Below are positions 1-10,006 of a DNA stretch of 64,000 bases, in pieces. A model generated the notes under the pieces. It saw only the letters and a list, made by a program, of their open reading frames with translations, searched no databases and was not told the origin of the DNA. Numbering within the stretch: position 1 is the stretch's first letter; every line of letters starts with the position of its first letter. Both the position numbers and the translations under genes were made by a program. This DNA is from an uncultured Phocaeicola sp. (GTDB lineage Bacteria > Bacteroidota > Bacteroidia > Bacteroidales > Bacteroidaceae): positions 532 through 64,531 of the forward strand of contig CALUJA010000015.1 in NCBI GenBank assembly GCA_944320845.1. The letters run 5' to 3'.

Positions 1-2
1 CC

Positions 3-2414
3 GTCACTTTCAACACAAACCTGTCTTTTGAAAAGGTTTCTACCCTTCCGGAATTCCAGAAAGAATACGCACAAGGGGTTGGCGGAGTCTATTCACCGTA
101 CGCTTCTACGGCATGGGGACCCAAGATTGCCGACTTGGCAAACGACGCGACTTACGGTGGTAACACCAGCAACAGCTATACACAGCAGTACGGCATGCAC
201 GAAGGAATGTATTATGTTCCGCAACGTGCGGCTGCCGGACTTGACCCGTGGGCTGTTCCGCAAGCTTTCGACAATGCCAAGAACTTTTTCAACACAGGTG
301 TTTCGTGGAGCAACAATGTAAATGTTGCCCAAGCTTTTGACAAAGGCTATTATTCTTTCTCTTTAGGAAACAGCATGTCTGAGGGTATCATCCCGAATAC
401 GGGCATGGATCGTTACAATGTAAAGCTGAACGCTACGGCAAACCTCACCGACAACTGGACAACCGGCTTCAGCGGAAACTTCATTACCTCAAAAATCAGA
501 AAGCAGAGTTCCGGTAACGAAGGCGTAATCGCAACAGTCTACGGCGCTCCGTCAAGCTATGACTTCAACGGAATCCCGTCGCACGTAGAAGGTGACCCGT
601 ATACTCAGAACAACTATCGTTCTTCCTCATTCAACAACGCTTATTGGGCGACAGAAAACAACTCGTTTGTTGAGCGTTCTCAGCGTTTCTTCGGAAATGC
701 CTACGTGCAATACAAGACAAACTTCGGTACAGACAATCATACCTTGACCGGTAAATATCAATTAGGTGCCGATGCCTACAGCACAATCTACCAAGACAAT
801 TACGGATACGGAGACCAATCTTATTCTACGGGATATTCCCGTCAGGATGACTACCAGATTACAGAGATGAACTCACTGTTCACCCTGACATACGACTGGA
901 AGATAAACGAAGATTTCAATTTCAACCTGATGTACGGTAACGAATGGGTAGACAAGAGCACCCGCGTGACTACGGCCCAGGGTTACAACTTCAATTTCCC
1001 GGGATGGAACAACATTGGAAACGCAACCACTTTCCAGTCCGGACAGAGCACAACCAAGAAGCGGACAGTCGGAAACTTCGCCAATCTGTCGCTTTCATGG
1101 AAGAGCATGCTTTATTTGAACGCCACCGTGCGCAACGATGTCGTTTCTTCCATGCCGCGCGGAAACCGTTCGTTTACTTATCCTTCGGTATCACTGGGAT
1201 GGATCTTCACTGAACTGCCGTTCTTGAAAGACAATCAGGTGCTGACATTCGGTAAAATCCGCGGTTCATACGCTGAAGTGGGTATGGCAGGCGAGTATAT
1301 CGAAAATTTATATGCAACTCCCGCTTACGGAGGCGGATTCTCTGCCGGAACGCCTATTCAATATCCGTTCGGCTCGGTCACTTCCTATATACCTTATTAT
1401 AGAATCTATGACCCGAACCTGAAGCCGCAGAACACGAAGTCCTATGAAATCGGACTTGACCTGGCATTCTGGCACGGTCTGGTTTCGTTGAACTATACTT
1501 ATTCACGCCAGAATGTGAAAGACCAGATATTTGCCGTGCCTCTTTCAATTTCTACCGGATACAGCGAGATGATGACAAACGGTGGTGCCATCCATACCAA
1601 TGCACATGAAATCACCTTGACCATCAATCCGATTAACAAGAAGAATGTATATTGGGACTTTGGATTCAACTTCTCTAAGATTGACAACTACGTGGACAAA
1701 CTTGCCGAAGGCGTTGAAAGCATCAAGCTGGGTGGATTCGTGACACCGCAAGTACGCGCCAGCATCGGCGACAAGTTCCCGGTTATCTACGGTACAAGCT
1801 ATCTGCGCAACGAGAACGGCGACATTGTGGTAGACGAAAACGGTTTGCCGCAGGCTAGCTCACCCGATGTCATCGGCAAAATATCTCCGGACTTCCGCCT
1901 TGGATTCAACACGACATTGGAGCTTTACAAGTTCCGCCTCTCGGCCGTATTCGACTGGAAACAGGGCGGACAGATGTATTGCGGTACGATGGGTGTGCTT
2001 GACTACTATGGTGTAACCCAACGTTCAGCAGACTACCGAAACAAGAGCGAGTTCCTGTTCGAGCTTCCTGCTGTGAAACAGAATGCGGACGGCTCTTATT
2101 CGCCCAATGACATCACCATCAAAGGAGAAGATGCTTACGACTATTTCAATGCCATGAACCTAATCGACGAAGCTTCCGTATACGACAACTCGTTCATCAA
2201 GCTGCGTGAAATCTCATTGAGCTATCCGGTATTCGACAAGAAATACCTGCAAATCACAGCCAACGTATTTGCCCGTAACATTCTTATCTGGTCAGAACTG
2301 CCGGGACTGGACCCCGAAGCAACTTTGGGTAACAACAATATGGCAGGAGCATTCGAGCGTTTCTCTTTGCCGGGAAGCTCAAGCTACGGTTTCGGTCTTT
2401 CATTCAAATTCTAA
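3..2414 (+). CDS. SusC/RagA family TonB-dependent outer membrane transporter (5' truncated by window edge)
   Basis: Frame is open from base 3, upstream of the ORF-track start; SusC motifs (LKPQNTKSYEIGLD, ATVRND..S), C-terminal F; SusD follows. Confidence 0.95.
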   Translation, partial: VTFNTNLSFEKVSTLPEFQKEYAQGVGGVYSPYASTAWGPKIADLANDATYGGNTSNSYTQQYGMHEGMYYVPQRAAAGLDPWAVPQAFDNAKNFFNTGVSWSNNVNVAQAFDKGYYSFSLGNSMSEGIIPNTGMDRYNVKLNATANLTDNWTTGFSGNFITSKIRKQSSGNEGVIATVYGAPSSYDFNGIPSHVEGDPYTQNNYRSSSFNNAYWATENNSFVERSQRFFGNAYVQYKTNFGTDNHTLTGKYQLGADAYSTIYQDNYGYGDQSYSTGYSRQDDYQITEMNSLFTLTYDWKINEDFNFNLMYGNEWVDKSTRVTTAQGYNFNFPGWNNIGNATTFQSGQSTTKKRTVGNFANLSLSWKSMLYLNATVRNDVVSSMPRGNRSFTYPSVSLGWIFTELPFLKDNQVLTFGKIRGSYAEVGMAGEYIENLYATPAYGGGFSAGTPIQYPFGSVTSYIPYYRIYDPNLKPQNTKSYEIGLDLAFWHGLVSLNYTYSRQNVKDQIFAVPLSISTGYSEMMTNGGAIHTNAHEITLTINPINKKNVYWDFGFNFSKIDNYVDKLAEGVESIKLGGFVTPQVRASIGDKFPVIYGTSYLRNENGDIVVDENGLPQASSPDVIGKISPDFRLGFNTTLELYKFRLSAVFDWKQGGQMYCGTMGVLDYYGVTQRSADYRNKSEFLFELPAVKQNADGSYSPNDITIKGEDAYDYFNAMNLIDEASVYDNSFIKLREISLSYPVFDKKYLQITANVFARNILIWSELPGLDPEATLGNNNMAGAFERFSLPGSSSYGFGLSFKF

Positions 2415-2428
2415 ACAAAGCGCGAATC

Positions 2429-4063
2429 ATGAAAATTACATATAGAAATATCAAGACTTATCTGTCTGTCGCCTTGGTGGCAGGGGCTTTGTTCTCTTGC
2501 TCCGAAGACAAGATGGACAAAATCAATCAGGATATTGACAATCCGCACAATGTCGATGCCAAGTTTATCCTGACCGATGTCATCACATCCACGGCCTTCA
2601 GCAACGTAGGAGGCGACTTCAACCACTATTTCGCTTCGTATACGGAGCACGAGGTAGGTATATTCAACCAACTTTTCAATGCAGAACAGCGGCTTGCCGA
2701 AGTCTACGCATCTTCTACATTCAACAATGTATGGGCGAACACGTATTCAACGCTGAAAAATGCCCGTGTTGTCATCAGCAAGTGCTCTGAAACAGGCGAG
2801 CAGCCGGGAAACTATGCCACGAAAGGTATGGGCGAAGTGCTGGCTGCCCTCAATGCCGGACTGATAGCAGACGCGTTTGGCGACGCTCCGTTCTCACAAG
2901 CCGCCCTGCCTGAACTGGACAACGGAAAGCCGCAATACATGACTCCCGAAATAGATACGCAGCAATCCATCTATACGGCCATCATCAGCTATCTGGATGC
3001 TGCTATCGAAGACCTGCCTAAAGGCGACACACACGCCACGGGAGGTCCGGGCACACAGGACATTTTGTTTAACGGAGATGCAGAAGCATGGCTGAAACTG
3101 GCCTACGGACTGAAAGCCCGCTACACGATGCATACGTTAAACGTGGCTGAAGACAAGACCGCAGCGCTGAACACCGTATTGGACTGTGTTGAAAAGTCAT
3201 TCCAAAGCGCCGACGAGCAGGCGGCTTTCTCAATCTATGACGGCGTGGCAAACCTCAACCCGCTGTTCGATTTCTTCTACAGCCGCGAATACACCGCCGC
3301 CAGCACAAGCATGGCAAAGAAACTGCAAGCACGCCAAGACCCGCGTCTGCACCGTGTATTTGCCGATGCTCTCCTTGCCGACAAGAGTTTGGGCAATGCC
3401 TACTACTGCAAGCAACTCGACGGAACGGAAACCAACTTAGGCCCAGACGGCAAACAGACTTTCATGGGCATGATGGCACCCAATGGAGGAGACAATCTGC
3501 GCCAGGAACAGGAATATTACAACACTTCCATCTTCCTGATGGCTGCTACCGCACCGACTTACTTGATGAGCTACCATGAACTGCTGTTCCTGAAAGCGGA
3601 AGCTTTGGTACGCCTGGAAAGCAGCGATGCCGAACAAGCCCTGAAGGAAGCCGTGGTGGCCGGAATGCTGAACACGGAGGAAAATGTCCAGAATGCCTTG
3701 AGCAATACGGTTGTCCCCGTAAAAGCCAATTCTACGGCAGCACTGACCGCAGCTGATGCCGAAGAATATTTCGATTTGCAAGTGAAGCCGCTGTTTGATG
3801 CCGATGCCCTTCAGGAAACGATGATACAGAAATACATCGCCTTGTGGGGAGCCAACGGCGAGTCGACAGAGAACTATAACGATGTCCGCCGCCTGAAAGC
3901 AGAAGGATACGACTTCTATCAGCTGGAAAATCCCGGCCGTTTCCCGCTCCGCGCACCTTACGGAAGCGACGAAGTAAGCGCCAACCCTAATGTAGGCGAA
4001 GCTTACGGAAACGGACAATATGTATTCAGCGAGCCCGTATGGTGGGCAGGAGGAAACCGCTAA
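2429..4063 (+). CDS. SusD/RagB family lipoprotein (SusD-like_2)
   Basis: Lipobox LFSC, GDAPFSQA and MIQKYIALW motifs, directly downstream of SusC. Confidence 0.93.
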   Translation: MKITYRNIKTYLSVALVAGALFSCSEDKMDKINQDIDNPHNVDAKFILTDVITSTAFSNVGGDFNHYFASYTEHEVGIFNQLFNAEQRLAEVYASSTFNNVWANTYSTLKNARVVISKCSETGEQPGNYATKGMGEVLAALNAGLIADAFGDAPFSQAALPELDNGKPQYMTPEIDTQQSIYTAIISYLDAAIEDLPKGDTHATGGPGTQDILFNGDAEAWLKLAYGLKARYTMHTLNVAEDKTAALNTVLDCVEKSFQSADEQAAFSIYDGVANLNPLFDFFYSREYTAASTSMAKKLQARQDPRLHRVFADALLADKSLGNAYYCKQLDGTETNLGPDGKQTFMGMMAPNGGDNLRQEQEYYNTSIFLMAATAPTYLMSYHELLFLKAEALVRLESSDAEQALKEAVVAGMLNTEENVQNALSNTVVPVKANSTAALTAADAEEYFDLQVKPLFDADALQETMIQKYIALWGANGESTENYNDVRRLKAEGYDFYQLENPGRFPLRAPYGSDEVSANPNVGEAYGNGQYVFSEPVWWAGGNR

Positions 4064-4090
4064 GGCTCAAAGCTCCGACAATAAACACAA

Positions 4091-4126
4091 AAAAAGAGCG
4101 CATCCCGCATGAGATGCGCTCTTTTT
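4091..4126. terminator. Bidirectional intrinsic terminator
   Basis: AAAAAGAGCGCATC..GATGCGCTCTTTTT perfect stem with A/T tails after susD. Confidence 0.9.
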
Positions 4127-4129
4127 CGT

Positions 4130-4137
4130 TATATTTG
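4130..4137 (+). promoter_or_regulatory. Bacteroides sigmaA -7 box for hflX
   Basis: TATATTTG matches TAnnTTTG. Confidence 0.7.
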
Positions 4138-4169
4138 CGGTGCTTAGCCTCTGTCTGCTCTTGCCGACA

Positions 4170-4235
4170 CGGATGAAACCTCGCTTTCATCAGGGCAAGA
4201 CACGGTTTCCGACAGCATGAAACCCGATTTTCAAC
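4170..4235. repeat. Degenerate 21-22 bp-period GAAAC/GTTTC intergenic array, copy A
   Basis: TTTC ends at 4188, 4209, 4232; CAAGACACGGTTT.CCGACA is shared with the copy at ~15893. Confidence 0.7.
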
Positions 4236-4294
4236 GGCACAAGCCACACGGATGCAAGAACCAGACAGAAGCCGGACTTAATAACAACCACCGG

Positions 4295-5551
4295 ATGAAA
4301 GAATTTGTAATATCAAAAGCACAGACAGAAAGAGCGGTTCTCGTCGGTCTGATTACACAGACCCAGAACGAACGCAAGACCAATGAATATCTGGACGAAC
4401 TGGCCTTCCTGGCCGAAACGGCCGGAGCCGAGGTAATAAAGCGCTTTACCCAGAAGCTTGACTCGCCCAACTCCGTCACTTACGTAGGAAAAGGCAAGCT
4501 TCAGGAAATAAAGGAATATCTCGCCGCTGCGAATGAAAGTGAAGAGACGGAAGTGGGAATGGTCATCTTCGACGATGAACTTTCCGCCAAGCAGCTCCGC
4601 AACATCGAAAAGGAGCTGAACGTGAAGATTCTCGACCGAACCTCCCTGATTCTGGACATTTTCGCCATGCGGGCCCAGACCGCCAACGCCAAAACGCAGG
4701 TGGAACTGGCACAATACAAGTATATGCTCCCGCGGCTGCAACGGCTTTGGACGCACTTGGAACGACAAGGAGGCGGCTCCGGAGCAGGAGGCGGCAAGGG
4801 TTCGGTAGGACTCCGCGGCCCGGGTGAAACCCAGCTCGAGATGGACCGCCGTATCATCCTTAACCGCATGTCGCTGCTCAAGCAGCGCCTGGCGGAAATC
4901 GATACCCAAAAAACCACACAGCGCAAGAACCGCGGGCGGCTGATACGTGTCGCCTTGGTGGGATATACCAACGTAGGAAAATCTACCCTGATGAATCTGC
5001 TGGCCAAGAGCGAGGTCTTTGCCGAAAACAAGCTGTTTGCCACGCTCGACACCACCGTGCGCAAGGTCATTATCGAGAACCTTCCCTTCCTTTTGTCAGA
5101 CACGGTAGGATTTATCCGCAAGCTCCCCACCGATTTGGTCGATTCATTCAAGTCGACCCTCGACGAAGTACGCGAGGCTGACCTGCTTGTTCATGTGGTC
5201 GACATCTCACATCCCGACTTTGAGGAGCAGATACAAGTGGTAGACAAGACTGTCGCCGACCTCGGCGCAGGCGGGAAACCGACCATTATCGTCTTCAACA
5301 AAATTGACGCCTACACTTACATCGAAAAGGCGGAAGATGACCTGACTCCAAAAACCAAGGAGAACATCACTCTGGATGAACTGATGAAAACCTGGATGGC
5401 CAAGCTCAACGAAAACTGCATCTTCATCTCCGCGCGAAACAAAACCAACATCGAGGAACTGAAGACACTATTATATAATAAAGTAAAAGAACTTCACGTG
5501 CAGAAATACCCGTACAACGATTTTCTGTACCAGACCTATGACGAGGAATGA
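4295..5551 (+). CDS. hflX: GTPase HflX
   Basis: GPGETQLEMDRR, GYTNVGKS, DTVGF, NKID motifs; start moved to MKEFVIS at 4295. Confidence 0.97.
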   Translation: MKEFVISKAQTERAVLVGLITQTQNERKTNEYLDELAFLAETAGAEVIKRFTQKLDSPNSVTYVGKGKLQEIKEYLAAANESEETEVGMVIFDDELSAKQLRNIEKELNVKILDRTSLILDIFAMRAQTANAKTQVELAQYKYMLPRLQRLWTHLERQGGGSGAGGGKGSVGLRGPGETQLEMDRRIILNRMSLLKQRLAEIDTQKTTQRKNRGRLIRVALVGYTNVGKSTLMNLLAKSEVFAENKLFATLDTTVRKVIIENLPFLLSDTVGFIRKLPTDLVDSFKSTLDEVREADLLVHVVDISHPDFEEQIQVVDKTVADLGAGGKPTIIVFNKIDAYTYIEKAEDDLTPKTKENITLDELMKTWMAKLNENCIFISARNKTNIEELKTLLYNKVKELHVQKYPYNDFLYQTYDEE

Positions 5552-7545
5552 CTATGAAACGATACCGACCGCTCAGCGAAACTGAAATTTCGCAATTAGA
5601 AAACCAGCACTGCATCGCTGCAGACTGGAGTGACGTGGAGGTGGCAGAAAACTTCAACACCGCCCACATCCACCATACACGCTTCTCGGGAAAAGTCCGC
5701 TTAGGCGTATTCGAAGGAGAATTCAAGCTTGCCGGCGGAATGACCAAGCACGCCGGACTGCTTTATGTCACACTCCACAACGTGACTGTAGGCGACAACT
5801 GCTGCATCGAGAATGTAAAAAACTATATCGCCAATTACGAAATCGGCGAACATACGTTCATCGAAAACGTTGACATCATCCTGGTAGACAAAAAGAGCAA
5901 GTTCGGAAACGGTGTGGAAGTATCCGTGCTGAACGAAACCGGCGGCCGGGAAGTTGTCATCCACGACCGTCTGTCCGCACACCAGGCCTATATCATGGCA
6001 CTGTACCGCCATCGTCCGGAACTCACCGAGCGCATGAGGCAAATCATCTGTACGTATGCGGAAGAGACGGCATCAGAAACCGGAACCATCGGACACCATG
6101 TCACCATCGTAGATGCAGGCTACATCAAGAACGTACGCATCGGAGACTATTGCAAGATAGAAGGAGCCGGACGACTGAAGAACGGCAGCATAAACAGTAA
6201 TGAATACGACCCAGTGCATATAGGATACGGCGTGATTTGCGATGACTTCATCATCTCCAGCGGCTCGCATGTGGAAGACGGAACGATGCTGACCCGGTGT
6301 TTTGTAGGGCAAGCCTGTCATCTCGGCCACAACTATTCGGCTTCCGACTCGCTTTTCTTCAGCAACTGTCAGGGGGAAAACGGTGAGGCATGCGCTATCT
6401 TTGCCGGGCCGTTTACCGTCACCCACCACAAGTCAACGCTGCTGATAGCCGGCATGTTCTCGTTTATGAACGCCGGATCGGGGTCAAACCAGAGCAACCA
6501 CATGTACAAGCTGGGCCCTATCCATCAGGGAGCGCTGGAACGCGGGGCAAAGACTGCCTCCGACTCCTACATTCTGTGGCCCGCCCGCATCGGGGCCTTC
6601 TCGCTTGTTATGGGAAGACACGTGGCACACCCGGACACTTCCAATCTTCCCTTTTCCTACCTGATAGAGGAAAAGAACACAACCTTTCTCGTGCCGGGAG
6701 TCAACCTGCGCAGCGTGGGCACCATACGCGACGCACAAAAGTGGCCAAAGCGCGATTTGCGGAAAGACCCGAACCGTCTTGACCAGATAAACTACAATCT
6801 GCTGAGTCCGTATACCATCCAAAAGATGATGGCCGGCCGGAATATCCTGCAGGAACTGGCCCGCGTGTCAGGAGAAACCTCGGATACCTACTCGTTCCAA
6901 AGCGCCAAAATCAAGAACTCGTCGCTGAACAAAGGCATCCACTTCTATGAAACAGCCATCCATAAATTTTTGGGGAACTCTGTCATCAAGCGGCTTGAAG
7001 CCATCCGCTTCGGGAGTGACGAGGAGATTCGCGAGCGACTGAAGCCTGATACCCCCATCGGGACGGGAGAATGGGTTGACATATCCGGCTTGATAGCCCC
7101 GAAGAGTGAGATAGAACGGCTGATGACAGACATCGAAAGCGGAGAACTGAACAATGTAAACCTCATTCACGACCGCTTCGCCGACATGCATGCCCACTAT
7201 TATACCTACGAATGGACATGGGCATACGAAAAGATGCTGGAGTTTTACGGCCTTCAGCCCGACACGATAACGGCAAAGGATATAGCCGCCATCGTCGAAC
7301 GGTGGAAGGAAGCCGTGGTATGGCTCGACCGTATGGTCTATGAGGATGCAAAAAAAGAATTTTCCCTGAGCTCCATGACCGGATTCGGCGCAGACGGCAG
7401 CAAGGAAGAACAGATGCGCGACTTCGAGGAAGTGCGCGGAGTGTTTGAAAGCAATCCGTTTGTGACGGCAGTCATCGAGCATATAAAAATAAAGACGGAG
7501 CTTGGCAACGAACTAATCGAGCGCTTAGGCAATCTGCTGGGATAA
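5548..7545 (+). CDS. DUF4954 family protein (left-handed beta-helix-like N-terminal half)
   Basis: Hexapeptide-like repeats (VTVGDNCCIENV, VRIGDYCKIEGA) and GSGSNQSNHMYKLGP motif; ATGA overlap with hflX stop. Confidence 0.85.
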   Translation: MTMKRYRPLSETEISQLENQHCIAADWSDVEVAENFNTAHIHHTRFSGKVRLGVFEGEFKLAGGMTKHAGLLYVTLHNVTVGDNCCIENVKNYIANYEIGEHTFIENVDIILVDKKSKFGNGVEVSVLNETGGREVVIHDRLSAHQAYIMALYRHRPELTERMRQIICTYAEETASETGTIGHHVTIVDAGYIKNVRIGDYCKIEGAGRLKNGSINSNEYDPVHIGYGVICDDFIISSGSHVEDGTMLTRCFVGQACHLGHNYSASDSLFFSNCQGENGEACAIFAGPFTVTHHKSTLLIAGMFSFMNAGSGSNQSNHMYKLGPIHQGALERGAKTASDSYILWPARIGAFSLVMGRHVAHPDTSNLPFSYLIEEKNTTFLVPGVNLRSVGTIRDAQKWPKRDLRKDPNRLDQINYNLLSPYTIQKMMAGRNILQELARVSGETSDTYSFQSAKIKNSSLNKGIHFYETAIHKFLGNSVIKRLEAIRFGSDEEIRERLKPDTPIGTGEWVDISGLIAPKSEIERLMTDIESGELNNVNLIHDRFADMHAHYYTYEWTWAYEKMLEFYGLQPDTITAKDIAAIVERWKEAVVWLDRMVYEDAKKEFSLSSMTGFGADGSKEEQMRDFEEVRGVFESNPFVTAVIEHIKIKTELGNELIERLGNLLG

Positions 7546-7562
7546 AAAGGAACGAATACGCC

Positions 7563-9113
7563 ATGAAACGAATCTTATGCATAGCAAGCCTGGCCGTGTT
7601 GCTCTGCCTGCCGGCGCGGCCGCAAGCCGGACATATCCACAAACGGACACTGGAGCATCCCGGCTTCATCACTTCCAACACATCGGAAATAGAAATCAGC
7701 CGAATCATTCTCTCCAGCGAACAGACGCAAGTGGATGCCGTAATCTACGGAAAGCCCGGCACGCCTGCCGTCATCTCGGACGATACCTACCTCAGAAGCG
7801 AGAAAAACAGCTTCCGCCTGAGGGAGGCCGAACATATCTCCATCGGCGGCACGACCGAACCCGAGACGATACCCGAAAACGGAAGGATGAACATCACCTT
7901 GTCGTTCGCTCCTATTCCGAGAGGCATACACGAAGTGGATTTGGTGGAAAAGGAATCCGGATGGAACATCTATGGCATCCAGCTCAGCCGAAAGGAACCC
8001 TACGTATATGTCCCCAACTTCCTGCTGCCGTCTGCCGCCGGAGAGACACCCGAACTGCCCGAACCGGGCCTTTTCGCGGGGAAAGCCATCATAAACGGAT
8101 ACATTCTGGGCTATGACCCGCGTCTGGAGCTCGACATGCAGCTTTCTTACAGCGACATGCTCTTTCCAAAACCGTGGACAAGCAGGATAACCGTGCGTCA
8201 GGACGGCTCATTCCATGCAGAAGTCGAGATGATAAAGCCCGATACGGTGCATCTTTCCGTCAACAGGGCGGCACTGACACTCTTTTTGGTACCGGGCGAA
8301 GAAACGACTGCCTATATCCATCTGCCCCGTTTGAGCGTATCAGCCGTCCGTTTGGCAAGGGGAAAAAGCAAGAACGAGCAGAAGGCATGGTTTGACGGAG
8401 CCGCTGAAATCATCAATACGGAACTGGCAACGACCGGCACATCGCGGGCACTCGACGCTTACCGTCTGGCGGAAAAAGACCTTATGCAGAACCAAACGGT
8501 CGCTGCCGCATTGGACAAAGACATTCAGGCCGTGCGCCCGCTGTGCGAACGCATGCTGCAAGACGCCGCGCTGACCACGGCCGACCGCAAGCTGCTCAGG
8601 TCGCTGACCTTTGACGACATCGGCAAATACATCGAACAAAAGAGCAATGCCCTGCGGCTTGAAGCCGCCCGCAGCGAATCGTCCCGCGAAGCGGTGATAG
8701 CCACGCTCGACGAAAAAGTTTCCGGCTCGGACATCCTGCCCCGAATCATTGCTCCCCACCGCGGAAGAGCCATACTGATTGACTTCTGGGCCACGTGGTG
8801 CGGGCCGTGCCGAAAGAGTATCCCGGCCATGCGCCCGCTGCGGAAGAAACTGGCATCGAAAGACATCGTATACATTTATCTGACCGGCCCGTCTTCTCCC
8901 GAGAAGGAATGGAGGGAGACACTGAGCCAGATGACCGGCGTGCACTTCCGCCTTACAGAAGAGCAGTGGAAAACGCTCTGTTCGTCCTACGGCATCACCG
9001 GCATTCCCGCCTATCTGGTCATCAGCCACGACGGCAAGCTGAAAAGCCGGCACGTAGGCTATCCCGGTACGGATGTGCTGGAAAAAGACCTGCTCCGCGC
9101 GGCGGAAGAATAA
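7563..9113 (+). CDS. Exported TlpA-family thiol-disulfide oxidoreductase with large N-terminal domains
   Basis: Signal peptide; C-terminal DFWATWCGPC thioredoxin fold. Confidence 0.88.
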   Translation: MKRILCIASLAVLLCLPARPQAGHIHKRTLEHPGFITSNTSEIEISRIILSSEQTQVDAVIYGKPGTPAVISDDTYLRSEKNSFRLREAEHISIGGTTEPETIPENGRMNITLSFAPIPRGIHEVDLVEKESGWNIYGIQLSRKEPYVYVPNFLLPSAAGETPELPEPGLFAGKAIINGYILGYDPRLELDMQLSYSDMLFPKPWTSRITVRQDGSFHAEVEMIKPDTVHLSVNRAALTLFLVPGEETTAYIHLPRLSVSAVRLARGKSKNEQKAWFDGAAEIINTELATTGTSRALDAYRLAEKDLMQNQTVAAALDKDIQAVRPLCERMLQDAALTTADRKLLRSLTFDDIGKYIEQKSNALRLEAARSESSREAVIATLDEKVSGSDILPRIIAPHRGRAILIDFWATWCGPCRKSIPAMRPLRKKLASKDIVYIYLTGPSSPEKEWRETLSQMTGVHFRLTEEQWKTLCSSYGITGIPAYLVISHDGKLKSRHVGYPGTDVLEKDLLRAAEE

Positions 9114-9114
9114 G

Positions 9115-9141
9115 TCAGGGATGAAAACGGTTCATCCCTGA
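9115..9141. terminator. Hairpin between convergent genes, overlapping yaaA stop
   Basis: TCAGGGATGAA..TTCATCCCTGA perfect 11-bp stem. Confidence 0.7.
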
Positions 9142-9899
9142 TTTACAAAGACCATCCGCCCGCCGACGCTTGCAGCCTCATCATAGGCAAAGCCCTCCCA
9201 CCCGAAGGCTTTCAGGTCTTCCGCCCGCTCAATGCGCCGCTTGAGAATGTACCGCGTCATTTCTCCCCGGCACATCTTGGCATAAACCACCACCGTAACC
9301 AGGCGATTGCCTTTCCTCACATAAAATTCAGGCGTCACCACCTGCACTTCACCGCATACCTTCTTCCAGTCGAAAAGTTCCTTCATCTCTCCGCTTGCCA
9401 GATTGACCAGCACATTCCCCTTGCTTCTGACCTCCCCGACAAGGAAATCCGTCAGCAGAGGCTTCCAAAAATCAAACATGGTCACATCCCCGCGCTCCGG
9501 AAGCCGCACATCGCCTTCCATCCGGTAGTTCCGGATTCCGTCCAACGGGCGGAGCAGCCCATAAAGGAAAGAGGCAATCAGCAGATGCTCTTGCGCATAA
9601 ACGAAATCTTCCTCCGTAAAATCCTGCGGATGAATCCGCTTGAACACGATTCCCGTATAGGCAGCCAGGGCGGGAAGACAAGGCTCGCCGGGAGAAAGAA
9701 AGTCATGATACCGCAAACGGTTCTCAGCCGCCAGCTTCGGACTGATTCGCAAAAGCTTTTCCAGCTCTTCCGCGCCGAACTGCACCATTGCCATCGCGTT
9801 TTCACGCGCCTCCGTCTCAAAGCGGGGCACAGACACAAAAGGAAAAGTCAGGCGCGAACGTGCCGTCATGGTCTTGGCACACGATATGAAAGTCATCAT
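9132..9899 (-). CDS. yaaA: YaaA/DUF328 peroxide stress protein
   Basis: ISCAKTM, SFLYGLLRPLD, YRMEG, LVNLAS.E, YAKMCRG motifs. Confidence 0.93.
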   Translation of the reverse strand: MMTFISCAKTMTARSRLTFPFVSVPRFETEARENAMAMVQFGAEELEKLLRISPKLAAENRLRYHDFLSPGEPCLPALAAYTGIVFKRIHPQDFTEEDFVYAQEHLLIASFLYGLLRPLDGIRNYRMEGDVRLPERGDVTMFDFWKPLLTDFLVGEVRSKGNVLVNLASGEMKELFDWKKVCGEVQVVTPEFYVRKGNRLVTVVVYAKMCRGEMTRYILKRRIERAEDLKAFGWEGFAYDEAASVGGRMVFVNQG

Positions 9900-9930
9900 A
9901 AGTTCATCGTTTTTTCGTTAATTCTTTCTA

Positions 9931-9978
9931 CAAAGATACGTTTCCCCACGGATATTTCTCCAGAATCCAGTATCTTTG
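9931..9978. promoter_or_regulatory. Divergent -7 boxes for yaaA (9931-9938, -) and tlpA (9971-9978, +)
   Basis: TATCTTTG on each strand. Confidence 0.7.
9943..9957 (+). repeat. 15-bp direct repeat, copy 1 (copy 2 at 12186-12200)
   Basis: TCCCCACGGATATTT identical at both sites. Confidence 0.8.
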
Positions 9979-10006
9979 TCTTCAGAAACCCCTAAAAACA
10001 ACCGTT

